From: Phycisphaerae bacterium
Lineage (GTDB): Bacteria > Planctomycetota > Phycisphaerae > UBA1845 > UTPLA1
Direction of reading: 5' to 3'
Assembly: GCA_035557035.1 (NCBI GenBank)
Contig: DATMEE010000257.1
Span: 1-42,880 of the forward strand
Length of the DNA: 42,880 bases
The notes below the pieces were generated by a model that saw nothing but the letters and a program-made list of their open reading frames with translations, was not told the origin of the DNA and searched no databases. Positions 1 through 10,199 of the stretch are shown here, piece by piece; position 1 is the stretch's first letter, and every line of letters starts with the position of its first letter. Both the position numbers and the translations under genes were made by a program.

Positions 1-1
1 C

Positions 2-1864
2 GCTAGTGCGCCGATTGCAGGGATCGTGCTCTTGTCGGACGGCGAATTCAATCGCGGTGAATCGCCGGCAATCGTGGCACAGGTCTTGAACCAGCGGCAG
101 TTGCCGGTATTCGCCATTGGAATTGGCGACCCGGCGACACCCATCAATGCTCGCATCACTCGCGTGTCGGCGCCGCGAACGACTTTTAAGAACGACCCTT
201 TCAGCGTGACCGTCCAAATTGATGTGCAGGGACTACAGAATCAGCCGCTTACGCTGGAACTCTACGAGCAGCTCGAGGGCGGCGCGCGAAAACAGGTGGA
301 AAGCCGGACCGTCCAGGTCGACGCCGAAGCGCGAGTCGCGCCCGTCGTGTTCGAGCGCAAAGTGCAAAAGCCGGGCTCTGCGCGTTACGTCGCACGGCTG
401 GCCCCGACCGAATCGGAAACACTCCTCGCGGACAATGAAAAGGAGTTGTCGCCGTCCGTCAGAATTCTCGACGACAAGATGAAGGTTCTTCTGATCGCTG
501 GCTCGCCCAGCTATGACTATCGCTTTCTCGCCCGCCTGTTCGAGCGCGACAAAACCGTCGAAGTCTCGACCTGGCTCCAGTCCGCCGACGCGAAGGCCGT
601 GCGCGACGGCGACCAGGTAATCGCCGCTCTGCCTGACACATTCGAAGAGGTCAACCAGTACGACGCAATCATGCTGATGGACTGCGACCCGGCCGAGTTC
701 GATCCGACCTGGGGAAGCATGATCGCAACATACGTCTCCGACTACGGCGGCGGCCTGCTCTATGCGGCCGGCAACAAGTACACCGCCCGATTTCTGAGAA
801 ATGCCAATCTTCGGTCACTCATCGACACGCTGCCCGTCTCGCCCGATCCAGAAGCCGAATTGGTCGTCAATGAGCTGGGACATTATCAAACCCGGGCCTG
901 GCCGATTCTGATACCTCCGGACGCAGCGGGTGACGCCATTCTTCGCCAGTCGGATGATTCTGCGCAAACCGCCACCGTGTGGGCCGCGCTGGGCGGCGTG
1001 TTCTGGCACTATCCGGTTCTGCGCGGGAAACCCGTTGCAAAAGCGCTGATGCGCCACTCGAACCCCCGCATGGTCAACGCCTTCGGGCCGCATGTCCTTT
1101 TCGCCACTCAGTTCGTCGGCACCGGGCGCACCGCCTGGCTGGGGCTGAATTCGACCTGGCGATGGCGTCGCGCCGACGAAAAGCACTTCAACCGATTTTG
1201 GATTCAGACTCTCCGCTTCCTCGTCGAAGGAAAGCTTCTTGGCGGCCGGGCGCGGGGACAGATTCTGACCGGCAAGGACGAATACGAATTGGGCGAGAAC
1301 GTCGTCGCCACCGTGCGCGCCCTCGACGAGCAATTCAGCCCTCTGGTGGTGCCCGAACTGGAACTTCAAGTGTCTCCTGCCCAGTCGCATGGGCAGCCGG
1401 AGGCGAAGGATGCGCTCGGCGACAATTCCGCGGGAGGCCCGCGCAATGTCGAATTATTCCCCGTGATCGGACAGGAAGGTTATTACGAAGGACGATTTGT
1501 CGCGGACATGCTGGGCGCCGTACGGCTCACTGTTTCGCTCCCGGGCGCCATCGGCGGCGAAAGTGGTGGAGCGGATCGCCGGTTGGAAAAAGAACTGGAG
1601 ATTTCACGATCCGACATCGAGATGAGAAATACCGCGATGAATCGGGAGGCGCTGCGTCAATTCGTGGCCGAAACCGGCGGCCGCAGCGCGTACTTTGAGG
1701 TCAACGAGGCGCGGCAGGTGCCGGAAAAGGTGCCAGACATGAGTCGCACGTTTACCGTCCGCGGCCGCCCGCGAGCGATCTGGGACAATTCGACCGTCCT
1801 CGTCCTGCTCGTCGGTTTGCTGACGGTCGAGTGGATACTTCGCAAGCGAGCAAAGCTATTGTAA
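2..1864 (+). CDS. 5'-truncated vWA-domain membrane protein (BatA/BatB-like) with a central class-I amidotransferase-like domain and a C-terminal TM anchor
   Basis: The frame is open from the window edge, with no stop between nt 2 and the GTG at 26, so the ORF-track start is artificial. GIVLLSDGEFNRG...PVFAIGIGDP resembles the C-terminal half of a von Willebrand A fold. KVLLIAGSPSYDYRFL...YDAIMLMDCDP...GGGLLYAAG resembles the GATase1-like fold seen in Bat-type proteins. A hydrophobic tail VLVLLVGLLTVEWIL lies just before the stop. Confidence 0.7.
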   Translation, partial: ASAPIAGIVLLSDGEFNRGESPAIVAQVLNQRQLPVFAIGIGDPATPINARITRVSAPRTTFKNDPFSVTVQIDVQGLQNQPLTLELYEQLEGGARKQVESRTVQVDAEARVAPVVFERKVQKPGSARYVARLAPTESETLLADNEKELSPSVRILDDKMKVLLIAGSPSYDYRFLARLFERDKTVEVSTWLQSADAKAVRDGDQVIAALPDTFEEVNQYDAIMLMDCDPAEFDPTWGSMIATYVSDYGGGLLYAAGNKYTARFLRNANLRSLIDTLPVSPDPEAELVVNELGHYQTRAWPILIPPDAAGDAILRQSDDSAQTATVWAALGGVFWHYPVLRGKPVAKALMRHSNPRMVNAFGPHVLFATQFVGTGRTAWLGLNSTWRWRRADEKHFNRFWIQTLRFLVEGKLLGGRARGQILTGKDEYELGENVVATVRALDEQFSPLVVPELELQVSPAQSHGQPEAKDALGDNSAGGPRNVELFPVIGQEGYYEGRFVADMLGAVRLTVSLPGAIGGESGGADRRLEKELEISRSDIEMRNTAMNREALRQFVAETGGRSAYFEVNEARQVPEKVPDMSRTFTVRGRPRAIWDNSTVLVLLVGLLTVEWILRKRAKLL

Positions 1865-1878
1865 CGAATTGTGCGTGA

Positions 1879-4146
1879 ATGGACAAAAGCCCGACACTGC
1901 CACAATTGAGCGATTCCATACGCTCGCGGATCGTGAGGCCGCTTGAGCGGATGGGCCGCGCGCTGCGACGCCAGTTGTTCGCGGATGGGCTGGCACGTTG
2001 CGTTGCGCTGCTCGTTGCGCTCGCGACGCTTCAGTTCCTGCTGGATCGCTTTCTGCTCCTAGGCATCGGTCCCCGGATCTCGCTGCTCGCCCTGGTGATC
2101 GGTCTTCTGGGCCGCGAGTTTATTCGCCGCGTGCTGAAGCCGATGACCGTTGTCGTTGACGCGGAGAGTGTCGCCGAAGTCCTCGAACATCGTCAACCCG
2201 AGTTGGCCGACCGCCTCGTTTCGATGGTCGCCTTCGCAGGACAAAGCGGGTTCGATCCCGCCCGAAATTCGCCGGCCTTGATCGACGCGATCCTGGTCGA
2301 ATCACTTCGCGATTTTGAAACGCTGCCCACGATCAACATCCTGCGCCGCGGTCCTTTTATTAAGCGTGTCGCCCTGGCGGCATGTGCGCTATCGGCCGCG
2401 GTTGCCGCGAGTGCAGTGCTCCCGGGGTCGGTGGCGGCCTATCTGAAACGCAACTGGCTGCTGCGCGATGTTTCCTGGCCGGTTTCGACGCAGATTGTCG
2501 CCGAGGGATTCAAAGATGGAAAACTGGTCTGGCCGCTCGGCGACGATCTGACGATCGTGGCCAGCACCGAGGGCAAGGCGCCCAGCGCCCTGGCGGCCGA
2601 ATTTGAAATCGCCTCCGGCTCGACTGTTCAGCAAGCGATGGACCGATTGGGTGAAAGCCGCTTCATCTATGATTACGGGCCGCTCTCGCAGGCCATGCGA
2701 GTTCGCTTTGTGATCGATCAATGGGGTGTTGACGAACGCACCGATTGGTTCGACGTGGTCACGGTCGAAAGACCGACTGTCCGTTCAGTCACCATCGAAG
2801 TCACCCCGCCCGCCTACACCGGTGAAGTCGGATTCACACTCGCGCGCGGCCAGACGGTCGCCGACATGGTCCGCGGATCGGAAGTCCGCATCATCGCGGA
2901 GATGAACAAGCCGGTGGTACAGGCGGCTCTCAAGCGGCGCGCCGACGATGTCATTGTGGCGGCAGCCGATGTCACGCACCCCACGCACCTGACCACGCGG
3001 TTCGTGCCCGAGGGAAGAGGAACCTATTTCTTCGACGTGCGGGATGAAAGCGGGCTGGAGGATCGATCGCCCGTGACTTACACCTTCAATCTCGCGGCCG
3101 ATCCGCCCCCGTCCGTGAAGCTCTCGCTGCCGGGGGTTGGTGAGATGGTCGTGCCCAACGCGCAATTGCGCCTTGCGGTCGAAGGCGACGACAACCTCGG
3201 AATCGAGGCGGTCGCCCTACGCTACGAGATCAAGTATGAGTCGGCCGAGCCGCTGATTGATTTTGAGGCACTCCCGGATTTCACCGCCGGCCAGCGAAAA
3301 TATGCGGCGACGCATGTATGGCCGCTCATGCCGCTGGCGTTGAAGCCCGGCGACCAACTCACCCTTCAGGCGACGGCTCGCGATTTTCAGCCCGCCGCGG
3401 TTTCGACCATCATTCCAAGTGACAGCGCTTCCGAGACGAGTCAACCGGGCAGCACGTCACCTGGCGACCGAGGCCCTCCGTCAAACCTCGGTCTCTCCAT
3501 TGCGTATACCTTACGGGTGGCCACGGCCGAAGACCTGCTCGCGGAACTTGGTCGGCGCGAGAATGAATGGCGGCGTGAGTTTGAACTGGTCGTGAAGGCG
3601 CAGGAGCAGATGAGCGCGCGGGTGTCCGCCCTACGCACCGCCCCCGAGCCGGAAGCGATGTCGGCCCAGCGGCAGCTAGCCTATGGGCAGGAGGCCCGCA
3701 CCCAGCGACAGCAACTCAGCCGGGTGCGCACGATCCTCCGCCAGTTCGAGCAGATATTGGCCGAACTGGAGGTGAACGAACTGACGACGCCACAGGTTCG
3801 CCGCCGGCTTGGCAATGGTGTTATTGCCCCGCTCCGGACGCTGGTCGGTGGTGAGATTGAGGCGGCCGCATCGTTACTCGAACGGCTGCGAGACCGGTTC
3901 GAGGTCAAGACAGCCGATGAAGTACAAGAGGCGCAGAAACAGCTTCTGCGGGCGATGAACGCGATTCTCGCCGCCATGCTGAAATGGGAGGGATACAATG
4001 AAGCGGTGGCTCTCGTTCGCGAAATCGTACGCTTGCAGCAGGAAGTGAACGAGGACACGCGGGAAAAGCTGGATCGGGAGATCGAACGATTGTTCGGCGA
4101 CACGCCGTCGCCGGCGACGCAACCCGCCATTGAGGAGCATCCGTGA
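1879..4146 (+). CDS. Large hypothetical membrane protein (N-terminal TM helices, beta-rich middle, C-terminal coiled coil)
   Basis: 755-aa ORF starting 14 nt after the previous stop. Hydrophobic segments include CVALLVALATLQFLL, ISLLALVIGLLG and LAACALSAAVAASAV. The C-terminus is Arg/Glu/Gln-rich and heptad-like. Composition is protein-like, unlike the antisense ORFs. No family recognised with certainty. Confidence 0.7.
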   Translation: MDKSPTLPQLSDSIRSRIVRPLERMGRALRRQLFADGLARCVALLVALATLQFLLDRFLLLGIGPRISLLALVIGLLGREFIRRVLKPMTVVVDAESVAEVLEHRQPELADRLVSMVAFAGQSGFDPARNSPALIDAILVESLRDFETLPTINILRRGPFIKRVALAACALSAAVAASAVLPGSVAAYLKRNWLLRDVSWPVSTQIVAEGFKDGKLVWPLGDDLTIVASTEGKAPSALAAEFEIASGSTVQQAMDRLGESRFIYDYGPLSQAMRVRFVIDQWGVDERTDWFDVVTVERPTVRSVTIEVTPPAYTGEVGFTLARGQTVADMVRGSEVRIIAEMNKPVVQAALKRRADDVIVAAADVTHPTHLTTRFVPEGRGTYFFDVRDESGLEDRSPVTYTFNLAADPPPSVKLSLPGVGEMVVPNAQLRLAVEGDDNLGIEAVALRYEIKYESAEPLIDFEALPDFTAGQRKYAATHVWPLMPLALKPGDQLTLQATARDFQPAAVSTIIPSDSASETSQPGSTSPGDRGPPSNLGLSIAYTLRVATAEDLLAELGRRENEWRREFELVVKAQEQMSARVSALRTAPEPEAMSAQRQLAYGQEARTQRQQLSRVRTILRQFEQILAELEVNELTTPQVRRRLGNGVIAPLRTLVGGEIEAAASLLERLRDRFEVKTADEVQEAQKQLLRAMNAILAAMLKWEGYNEAVALVREIVRLQQEVNEDTREKLDREIERLFGDTPSPATQPAIEEHP

Positions 4147-6056
4147 CGTTGAGTCGGTCTTTTAGCATGGGACGAGCCGGGGGGCGCGGATTGCGTTCGC
4201 TTCTGTGGATGGTGGGACTGGGTGTGATGCCCTGCGCCTACTTCTCGTCAGTTTCATCGCTGCCCGCGCAGGAAACATCGAATGATTCGACGCCCACGAA
4301 CACGCCTTCGAAGGCCGCCCTCGACGAACGCCAGGAGCTCATCCGTGACCGCATCGTCCGGCTCGAAGACCGGATGTTTCAGTTGGCCCAGGCGCTGAAG
4401 AAAACAGAGCCGGAAAAGGCCGAGCGGTTGATGGACGGATTGGGCCGGCTGCGCGGCGATCAGGTCCGTGCCCAGATCGACGAGATCATCAAGCAGTTGA
4501 AGGACAATCGGCTTTCCGACGCGGCCGACCAGCAGCAGCTCGTCATGGGCGAACTCCAGTCCCTCCTCAAGCAGTTAATGGATGGTCCGGATGATCTGGA
4601 AGAACGCCAGGACGAAATCGAGAAGCTGAACGCGATTCGCAAATCGCTCGACGACCTCGTCCGCGAGCAACAGCGCGAACTCGATGCCGCTAACGAAGCT
4701 CGCGATGTGGCCGCGCGCGAGCGGGCCATTAACGCCGCCGCTCAGAAACTTCAGGAATTGCTAAAACGCCAACAGGAGGCGACCGCCCGCACGACGGACT
4801 CCGCCAATCCGGGCGACGAGGAGCAGACGCAAGCCGATCTGCGAACGGAGACGGAAAAGCTGGCCGCTCAATTGTCGGAAATGGCCGATGCGGATGCGGA
4901 ATCGGAAAACGTCGCGAGCGCGGCAGGCCAGCTTCAAAGTGCGACCGACCAGATGAAAGCTGCCGAAGCGTCGCTTCACGAAGGCGGCCGCGAGTCTGCC
5001 CTCAAATCGCAGCAGTCAGCCTCCGACGCGATGGAAAAGGCGCTCGCCGAACTCGAACAAGAGTCCGCCGAGCTTCGCCGGAAATTGAAGCTGGAGGAAC
5101 AGGCGAAGGAACAGCAAGAAACTGCAAATAAGACTCGCAAGCTTGCCGAGGACATGGGTGGCGACGATGCGGCGGCGGAAAAAGGCGGCGAAGGTGAGAG
5201 TTCCCAGGAGAATTCGAAGCCGTCCGCGAAGAAAGGCGAGGCGACACCGGGGCAACAGGGTGTGAGCGAAGCGGTCCCGCAGCAGGAAGGGGCTGCCGAG
5301 GATCTGCAAAAAAACGATCCCGACAAGGCCGTGAAAAAGCAGGAAAAGGCGCTCGAGAACTTGAAGAAATCGCAGGAGGAACTCGAAGATCGACTGGAGC
5401 AATTGCGCCAGGAGCAGCAGGAAGAAATGCTCGCCGCGCTCGAATCGCGGTTCCGCGCCATGCTCAGCCGCCAGCTTGAGTGCAACAAGGCAACGGATCG
5501 ACTTGCAAATTTGAAGCAGGCGAATTGGAAGCGATCGGACGAGCTGGAATTGCCCGATCTTTCGCAAAAGCAGCGATGGGTCGGCGACCAGGCCGATGAG
5601 GCGCTATTCCTTCTGACGGAGGAGGGAACGACCATCATTCTGCCGCAGCTCATCAAGCAGGTGCGCGACGATGCCCGCGAGGCTGCGGATGACCTTGCCG
5701 CCGCAAAGGTTGGCGATGCCGTCCTTGCGACACAGGCCGACCTCGAATCCGTGCTTCGCGACATCATCGAGGCCATCGAGCGCAAGCAGGAGGAAATGGA
5801 AAATGAGGAGAGCGGGGGAGAGAACGAGGCGGGCCAGCAGAATTCGCCCCTGCTCCCCGGTTCGGCCGAATTGAAGCTGCTACGCTCGTGCCAGATGCGC
5901 GTGAATCGTCTCACCGAACGTCTGAAGAGCGATCGCGAAAAGCCGGACGCGCCGGCCGAAGAGATTTCGGATCGACTGCAAAAACTGTCGCAGCGCCAAT
6001 CGGATGTGGCGGAAATGGCGAGGCAGATGCACGAGTCATTGCGCCAAGCGCAATGA
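4143..6056 (+). CDS. Secreted or membrane-anchored coiled-coil protein, extremely Glu/Gln/Lys/Ala-rich
   Basis: The GTG start overlaps the upstream TGA (GTGA). The N-terminal signal-like segment is LRSLLWMVGLGVMPCAYFSSVSSLPAQE. It is followed by about 550 aa of low-complexity helical sequence. The exact start is uncertain (an alternative ATG lies at 4167). Confidence 0.65.
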   Translation: MTLSRSFSMGRAGGRGLRSLLWMVGLGVMPCAYFSSVSSLPAQETSNDSTPTNTPSKAALDERQELIRDRIVRLEDRMFQLAQALKKTEPEKAERLMDGLGRLRGDQVRAQIDEIIKQLKDNRLSDAADQQQLVMGELQSLLKQLMDGPDDLEERQDEIEKLNAIRKSLDDLVREQQRELDAANEARDVAARERAINAAAQKLQELLKRQQEATARTTDSANPGDEEQTQADLRTETEKLAAQLSEMADADAESENVASAAGQLQSATDQMKAAEASLHEGGRESALKSQQSASDAMEKALAELEQESAELRRKLKLEEQAKEQQETANKTRKLAEDMGGDDAAAEKGGEGESSQENSKPSAKKGEATPGQQGVSEAVPQQEGAAEDLQKNDPDKAVKKQEKALENLKKSQEELEDRLEQLRQEQQEEMLAALESRFRAMLSRQLECNKATDRLANLKQANWKRSDELELPDLSQKQRWVGDQADEALFLLTEEGTTIILPQLIKQVRDDAREAADDLAAAKVGDAVLATQADLESVLRDIIEAIERKQEEMENEESGGENEAGQQNSPLLPGSAELKLLRSCQMRVNRLTERLKSDREKPDAPAEEISDRLQKLSQRQSDVAEMARQMHESLRQAQ

Positions 6057-6091
6057 AGTCGAGGACGCTCAAATTTGATCGAGAGGAATGA

Positions 6092-7198
6092 GTGCTGACC
6101 ATCGCGGCAATTTGGCTCACGATCTCGACGCCGGGGCTCCGGCCGGAAAGGACGATCGCGCCCGTGCCCGGCTATGACTGGATGGCGCCGAAACTCCGGA
6201 AAGGCGAGCCCGCGCCACCTCCGCTGCCCAATGAGCAGGTTGTGGCCGAATTTCTCGCATTCGTCGCCCAGCACAGCGCTTACGATGACGAGGCAAAGGC
6301 TTTTGTCGCATCGCAGCGGGAGACGACGGCGCCCGAAGATCTCGGCGAATTCATCACCCTGGCCTATTCAGTCCTCGCGCCGGAATTCAAACGAGGACTT
6401 GAACTTATCGAGCAGGACAAGTCCGGCGAGGCGGCTGACGTCTTCGAGAAGCTGGCGGAATCGGATGATCCCTATCTCGCCGTGGCGGCCGCGAATTTCG
6501 GGGCTACCGCGCTCATCGACCTTGAGTTGATCGAGCGCTGCCACGCATTGCTGAACCGCGTGCTCGAAGCCCACAAGCCCGTCGAAAAACTCACGACCGC
6601 GGCTGACCACTTTCGCTTCATGCTCGGATACTGCCAGGTCCACGTGCTCGACTATCAATTCGCCTACGGCACGTTCGAGGACTTTCTCAAGAACCATCCG
6701 AACGCGCCAGAGCGCTTGCGCACCACCGCCCAACAAATTCTCACCGAACTCTCCCGCCGCGCCCCCGGCCGCATCGGCGACATTCGCGACCTGCTCACCT
6801 ATGCCCGCCGGAAGCTGAAAACCGGACAGACCGACGAGACGCTGCTGCAGAAGCAGGAAGAGGCGGTCGCGCTTCTGGAGACCCTCATCGACGAGGCCGA
6901 GCAGCAGGAGCAGAATCAAGGAGAGGGCGAGGGACAAGGCCAGTCCGGCCGCCGAGGCGCGCCGCGCGGCAGCAAGAAGCCCGGCGGCGGCGCCGCTGAA
7001 TCGACGCTTCCCACGGGCGGCGGCCGCGAAGGCAAACTGCGCAAGTCGATTGCCAGACCCGGCGAGATGTGGGGCAAGATGCTGCCGCGCGAGCGAGAGG
7101 AAGTGATGCAAACGCTTCAGAAGCAGTTCCCCAGTCAGTATCGAGACTTGCTCGAGCAGTATTACAAGCAGCTTTCAAAGGAAGCGCCGGAGAGTTGA
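6092..7198 (+). CDS. Hypothetical helical-repeat (TPR-like) protein with a Gly/Arg-rich segment
   Basis: 368-aa ORF. GAGAGGA lies 4-5 nt upstream of the GTG at 6092. The helical repeat-like region is GEAADVFEKLAESDDPYLAVAAANFGATALIDL.... It is followed by QNQGEGEGQGQSGRRGAPRGSKKPGGG and a conserved-looking tail WGKMLPREREEVMQTLQKQFPSQYRDLLEQYYKQL. The start is uncertain. Confidence 0.6.
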   Translation: MLTIAAIWLTISTPGLRPERTIAPVPGYDWMAPKLRKGEPAPPPLPNEQVVAEFLAFVAQHSAYDDEAKAFVASQRETTAPEDLGEFITLAYSVLAPEFKRGLELIEQDKSGEAADVFEKLAESDDPYLAVAAANFGATALIDLELIERCHALLNRVLEAHKPVEKLTTAADHFRFMLGYCQVHVLDYQFAYGTFEDFLKNHPNAPERLRTTAQQILTELSRRAPGRIGDIRDLLTYARRKLKTGQTDETLLQKQEEAVALLETLIDEAEQQEQNQGEGEGQGQSGRRGAPRGSKKPGGGAAESTLPTGGGREGKLRKSIARPGEMWGKMLPREREEVMQTLQKQFPSQYRDLLEQYYKQLSKEAPES

Positions 7199-7200
7199 GC

Positions 7201-8553
7201 GTGCATTTTTCGCGGATCGTCATTGTCATCAGTCTTTTCGGAAGCGGCGCAATTGCCGCGACCGCGAATGCGGCTCGCGCGCAACCCGACGAAGGACGAG
7301 AGGCCGTGGCCCAGGCATTGACCTCGGAGAACACTGACGATCGTACTTTCCGAATCTCCGATCTTCATGGTCATGACGTGCAGATTCGACAACTGCAATT
7401 TAAGGATCAGGTATTGCGCGGACAGAGCGAGCAGGGGGCCGTGTCGTGGCCGCTCGACGAACTCATCCGGATTACGCCGGCGGGGCGGGTCGCGAATGCG
7501 CGTCCCAATGACATCCCATCTTCAACGTGGCATTTCGAGCTGAACGACCGAAGCACGTTCGACGGGAAATTGATGCCGATCGCCGGAGCGGATTCGGCAA
7601 GAGTCGTGGAGATCGACGCCGCCCTCGGCAGTCCGCTTCGCGTACGGCTCTCGGCAATCGCCGCGCTGCGCGCCGGGGCGGATTCGCAGAAGGCCGCGCT
7701 CGCGGATTTCGAGCAGCGCATCCGTCATCGCGAGACGGGTCGCGACACGATCATCGTCATCGCCGATGGAAAACCGGTGGCGCTTCAAGGCTCGCTCGAG
7801 AGCCTTTCGCCTGACACCTGGGAGTTCAAGGTCGCGGGCAAGGTGCGCCGCGGCGACTACGCAACCGTCTTTGGTTTTGTCCTGGGCGCGCCCGCGGTGA
7901 CGACGGGCTCGACTCCAGCAACGCTTCACACCAGCACGGAGGCCCGGCTCGGCGTTCGGATCTATTCAGCCGACGTCGACGGGGTCACGGTCGAATCAGA
8001 CCTCTTTGATCGCTTCACGATTCCCTGGGACCGCGTAAAGCAGATCGACCTTCGCAGCGATCGCGTCGTTCGCATAGCCGACCTGAAGCCCGTTCACGCG
8101 GAGCAGCGCTCGCTGCCGGGGGCGGCGTGGCCCGTTCGCACGAACACGAACGTGACCGGCGGCCCGCTGCGGCTCGGGGGAATCGCCTATGGGCACGGGC
8201 TGGGCGTTCATGCGTCTAATGCATTGACCTACTCCCTCCATGGCGAATACGAGCGATTTGCGGCGGTGGTCGGCCTGGATGACTCCACACAGATGCGCGG
8301 CAGCGTCATTTTTCGCGTGCGGGTGGACGGAAAAGTGCTCTTCGAGTCCGGCCTGATGCGGGGCGGCGACGCGCCAAAAACCGTGAGTGTCGAACTCGCC
8401 GGCGCCGACGTGCTTGTTCTCGAAACCGACGCGGCCGACCAGCTCGACCTGGGGGACCATGCGAATTGGGCCAACGCCGTTCTCATCCGCAAGAGCGATC
8501 GCACGAACGATGCCGCGCACGCCTCGGCTCGCGCTTTCAGCCAGATGCACTAG
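7201..8553 (+). CDS. Secreted NPCBM (NEW2)-domain protein with no recognisable catalytic domain
   Basis: I place the start at the in-frame GTG at 7201, 3 nt after the upstream stop. This gives a signal peptide VHFSRIVIVISLFGSGAIAATANAARAQ. The longer 7069 start would overlap the previous gene by 130 nt. The C-terminal ~140 aa (GGPLRLGGIAYGHGLGVHASNALTYSLHGEYERFAAVVGLDDS...VIFRVRVDGKVLFESG...DLGDHANWANAVLIR) matches my recollection of the NPCBM carbohydrate-binding module. Confidence 0.7.
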   Translation: MHFSRIVIVISLFGSGAIAATANAARAQPDEGREAVAQALTSENTDDRTFRISDLHGHDVQIRQLQFKDQVLRGQSEQGAVSWPLDELIRITPAGRVANARPNDIPSSTWHFELNDRSTFDGKLMPIAGADSARVVEIDAALGSPLRVRLSAIAALRAGADSQKAALADFEQRIRHRETGRDTIIVIADGKPVALQGSLESLSPDTWEFKVAGKVRRGDYATVFGFVLGAPAVTTGSTPATLHTSTEARLGVRIYSADVDGVTVESDLFDRFTIPWDRVKQIDLRSDRVVRIADLKPVHAEQRSLPGAAWPVRTNTNVTGGPLRLGGIAYGHGLGVHASNALTYSLHGEYERFAAVVGLDDSTQMRGSVIFRVRVDGKVLFESGLMRGGDAPKTVSVELAGADVLVLETDAADQLDLGDHANWANAVLIRKSDRTNDAAHASARAFSQMH

Positions 8554-8561
8554 GAATTGCG

Positions 8562-10199
8562 ATGCGCCGTTGTCCAAGTATTCCCCTCATTCTGGCGTTC
8601 TCACTTGCAGGCAGCGAGCTTGCTCGACATGCAGCGGCCGATGACTCTAAATCGGGCGACCTTGCTCAGGTTCGTGCCGAAGAGCGGGAGCGGATCGAGG
8701 TGATCGAGCGCGTCAGCCCCGCAGTCGCCTGCGTTTTCAATCGCGGAAACCGGGCGGGCGGCGGGTCGGGAGTCTTGATTGATGCCGCAGGGCACGGACT
8801 AACCAACTTCCACGTCATCGCCAGCATGTTGGAGGATCGCGCGGGCGACATCGGACTGCCCGATGGGAAAATCTACGAGATGGAAGTTCTCGGCGTGGAC
8901 CCAACGGGCGATATGGCCATGTTTCGCGCCCGCCGAAAGGGCGCGTTTCCCTTTGCGGAGATGGGTGATTCCGACGTACTGCGCGTGGGCGACGCGGCGC
9001 TGGCCATGGGCAATCCATTTTTGCTGGCGGAAGACTACACGCCGACGATTACCTTCGGCATCATCTCCGGCCTGCATCGCTACCAGGCGGGCGCCGGCGC
9101 CAAGGCGCGTGCGCTGCGCTACACCGATTGCATCCAGGTCGATACGTCCATCAATCCCGGCAATTCCGGCGGCCCGCTCTTCAATGCGGATGGCCGGCTC
9201 ATCGGCATCAACGGCCGCGTTTCTATCGAAGAGCGCGGCCGCGTCAACGTCGGCGTCGGCTACGCGATTTCGATCAATCAGATCAAGCGTTTCATCCCGA
9301 TGTGGCGTGCAGGTCTGACGACAAAGCACGCCACTGCGGGGTTCACGGTGGTCGATCGCGGCCGCCGAGTCATCGTTGATCAGATTCTTGAAGGCGGACC
9401 GGCGTATCTCGCGGGCATTCGCCTGGGCGATGAGATTCTTAGTTTCGCGCGCCGCGAAATCAGCAGCGCGAATCAATTCGCGTCGCACCTCGGTGTGTTT
9501 CCGGCAAATTGGCCCGTCGAGGTCGTTTGCCGAAGGGATGGAGAGGAACGCACCTCCCGCTTTCGCCTCGAGGACCTTCCCATCCCCAAGCCCGAAAAAT
9601 CTCAGCAGGAAATGTTCGGCGGGCGCGATCTGCTCGGCCGAACTCCTGTCACAGAGGCGGCCAATCGACGTGCGGTTAAGCGGGCCTTTCGATATTACGT
9701 CAAGGCGCTCGGCGGCGACGAAGACGTGAAGAGTCTGACGCACATCAAATGGATCGGAAAACGCCTGTCATCGGCGGGGACCGATGAAACCGCCGTCGAT
9801 GTTGCGGAGAGTCGGGAGGCCATCCGGCCACCGGCCGCGAATATGCCGCCGGTTGAGCTTGAGCGTTCGATCCGCTGGACGCTTGTGGCCGGCGGCGATG
9901 AATTGGCGGCCCGCTGTCGCGTGATCGCGGCCGATGAAATCACCGATCGCGTCGCGGTCGTGCTGGAATGCAAGCCTCAGAAAGGTGCGAGCTTTCAGCT
10001 TGGCTTCGACGATGAGAAGGGCGACTTGCTTCGCGTCGAGTTTCGCGAGGGTTCGACCGGCCGTCAGGTGCGATATGAATATGAAGAGATGCGAAAAGCC
10101 GGCGCCGTAAGCTTGCCACATCGACGATCACTCTATTTGAATGAGACGCTACATTCGGTGGAGGAATTCCAGTCCGTCATCGCGGGAGGCGAGGAATGA
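8562..10199 (+). CDS. HtrA/DegP-like S1C serine protease with PDZ domain and a ~180-aa C-terminal extension; catalytic triad intact
   Basis: ATG at 8562 gives a signal-like MRRCPSIPLILAFSLAGSELARHAAA. Triad motifs are present: GLTNFHVI (His84), TGDMAMFRA (Asp) and NPGNSGGPLFN (Ser). The PDZ-like segment is VIVDQILEGGPAYLAGIRLGDEILSF. Confidence 0.85.
   Translation: MRRCPSIPLILAFSLAGSELARHAAADDSKSGDLAQVRAEERERIEVIERVSPAVACVFNRGNRAGGGSGVLIDAAGHGLTNFHVIASMLEDRAGDIGLPDGKIYEMEVLGVDPTGDMAMFRARRKGAFPFAEMGDSDVLRVGDAALAMGNPFLLAEDYTPTITFGIISGLHRYQAGAGAKARALRYTDCIQVDTSINPGNSGGPLFNADGRLIGINGRVSIEERGRVNVGVGYAISINQIKRFIPMWRAGLTTKHATAGFTVVDRGRRVIVDQILEGGPAYLAGIRLGDEILSFARREISSANQFASHLGVFPANWPVEVVCRRDGEERTSRFRLEDLPIPKPEKSQQEMFGGRDLLGRTPVTEAANRRAVKRAFRYYVKALGGDEDVKSLTHIKWIGKRLSSAGTDETAVDVAESREAIRPPAANMPPVELERSIRWTLVAGGDELAARCRVIAADEITDRVAVVLECKPQKGASFQLGFDDEKGDLLRVEFREGSTGRQVRYEYEEMRKAGAVSLPHRRSLYLNETLHSVEEFQSVIAGGEE

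Noticed and set aside
2246-2261. tRNA T-arm look-alike gcggg-ttcgat-cccgc
   Set aside because: It lies inside a well-supported 755-aa CDS. The loop is 6 nt rather than 7, and no matching acceptor stem, D-arm or anticodon arm can be drawn from the flanks.
4976-6274. 432-aa minus-strand ORF antisense to the coiled-coil gene
   Set aside because: The composition is Ser/Arg/Cys/Ala-rich junk (SSSSSCDFFKFSSAFSCFF...). It is the mirror of the GAA/GAG/CAG-rich sense strand, a typical stop-poor antisense frame in high-GC DNA.
7069-7200. Longer start (7069) for the NPCBM protein
   Set aside because: It would overlap the preceding gene by 130 nt and add an Arg/Ala-rich leader. GTG 7201 gives a canonical signal peptide immediately after the upstream stop.
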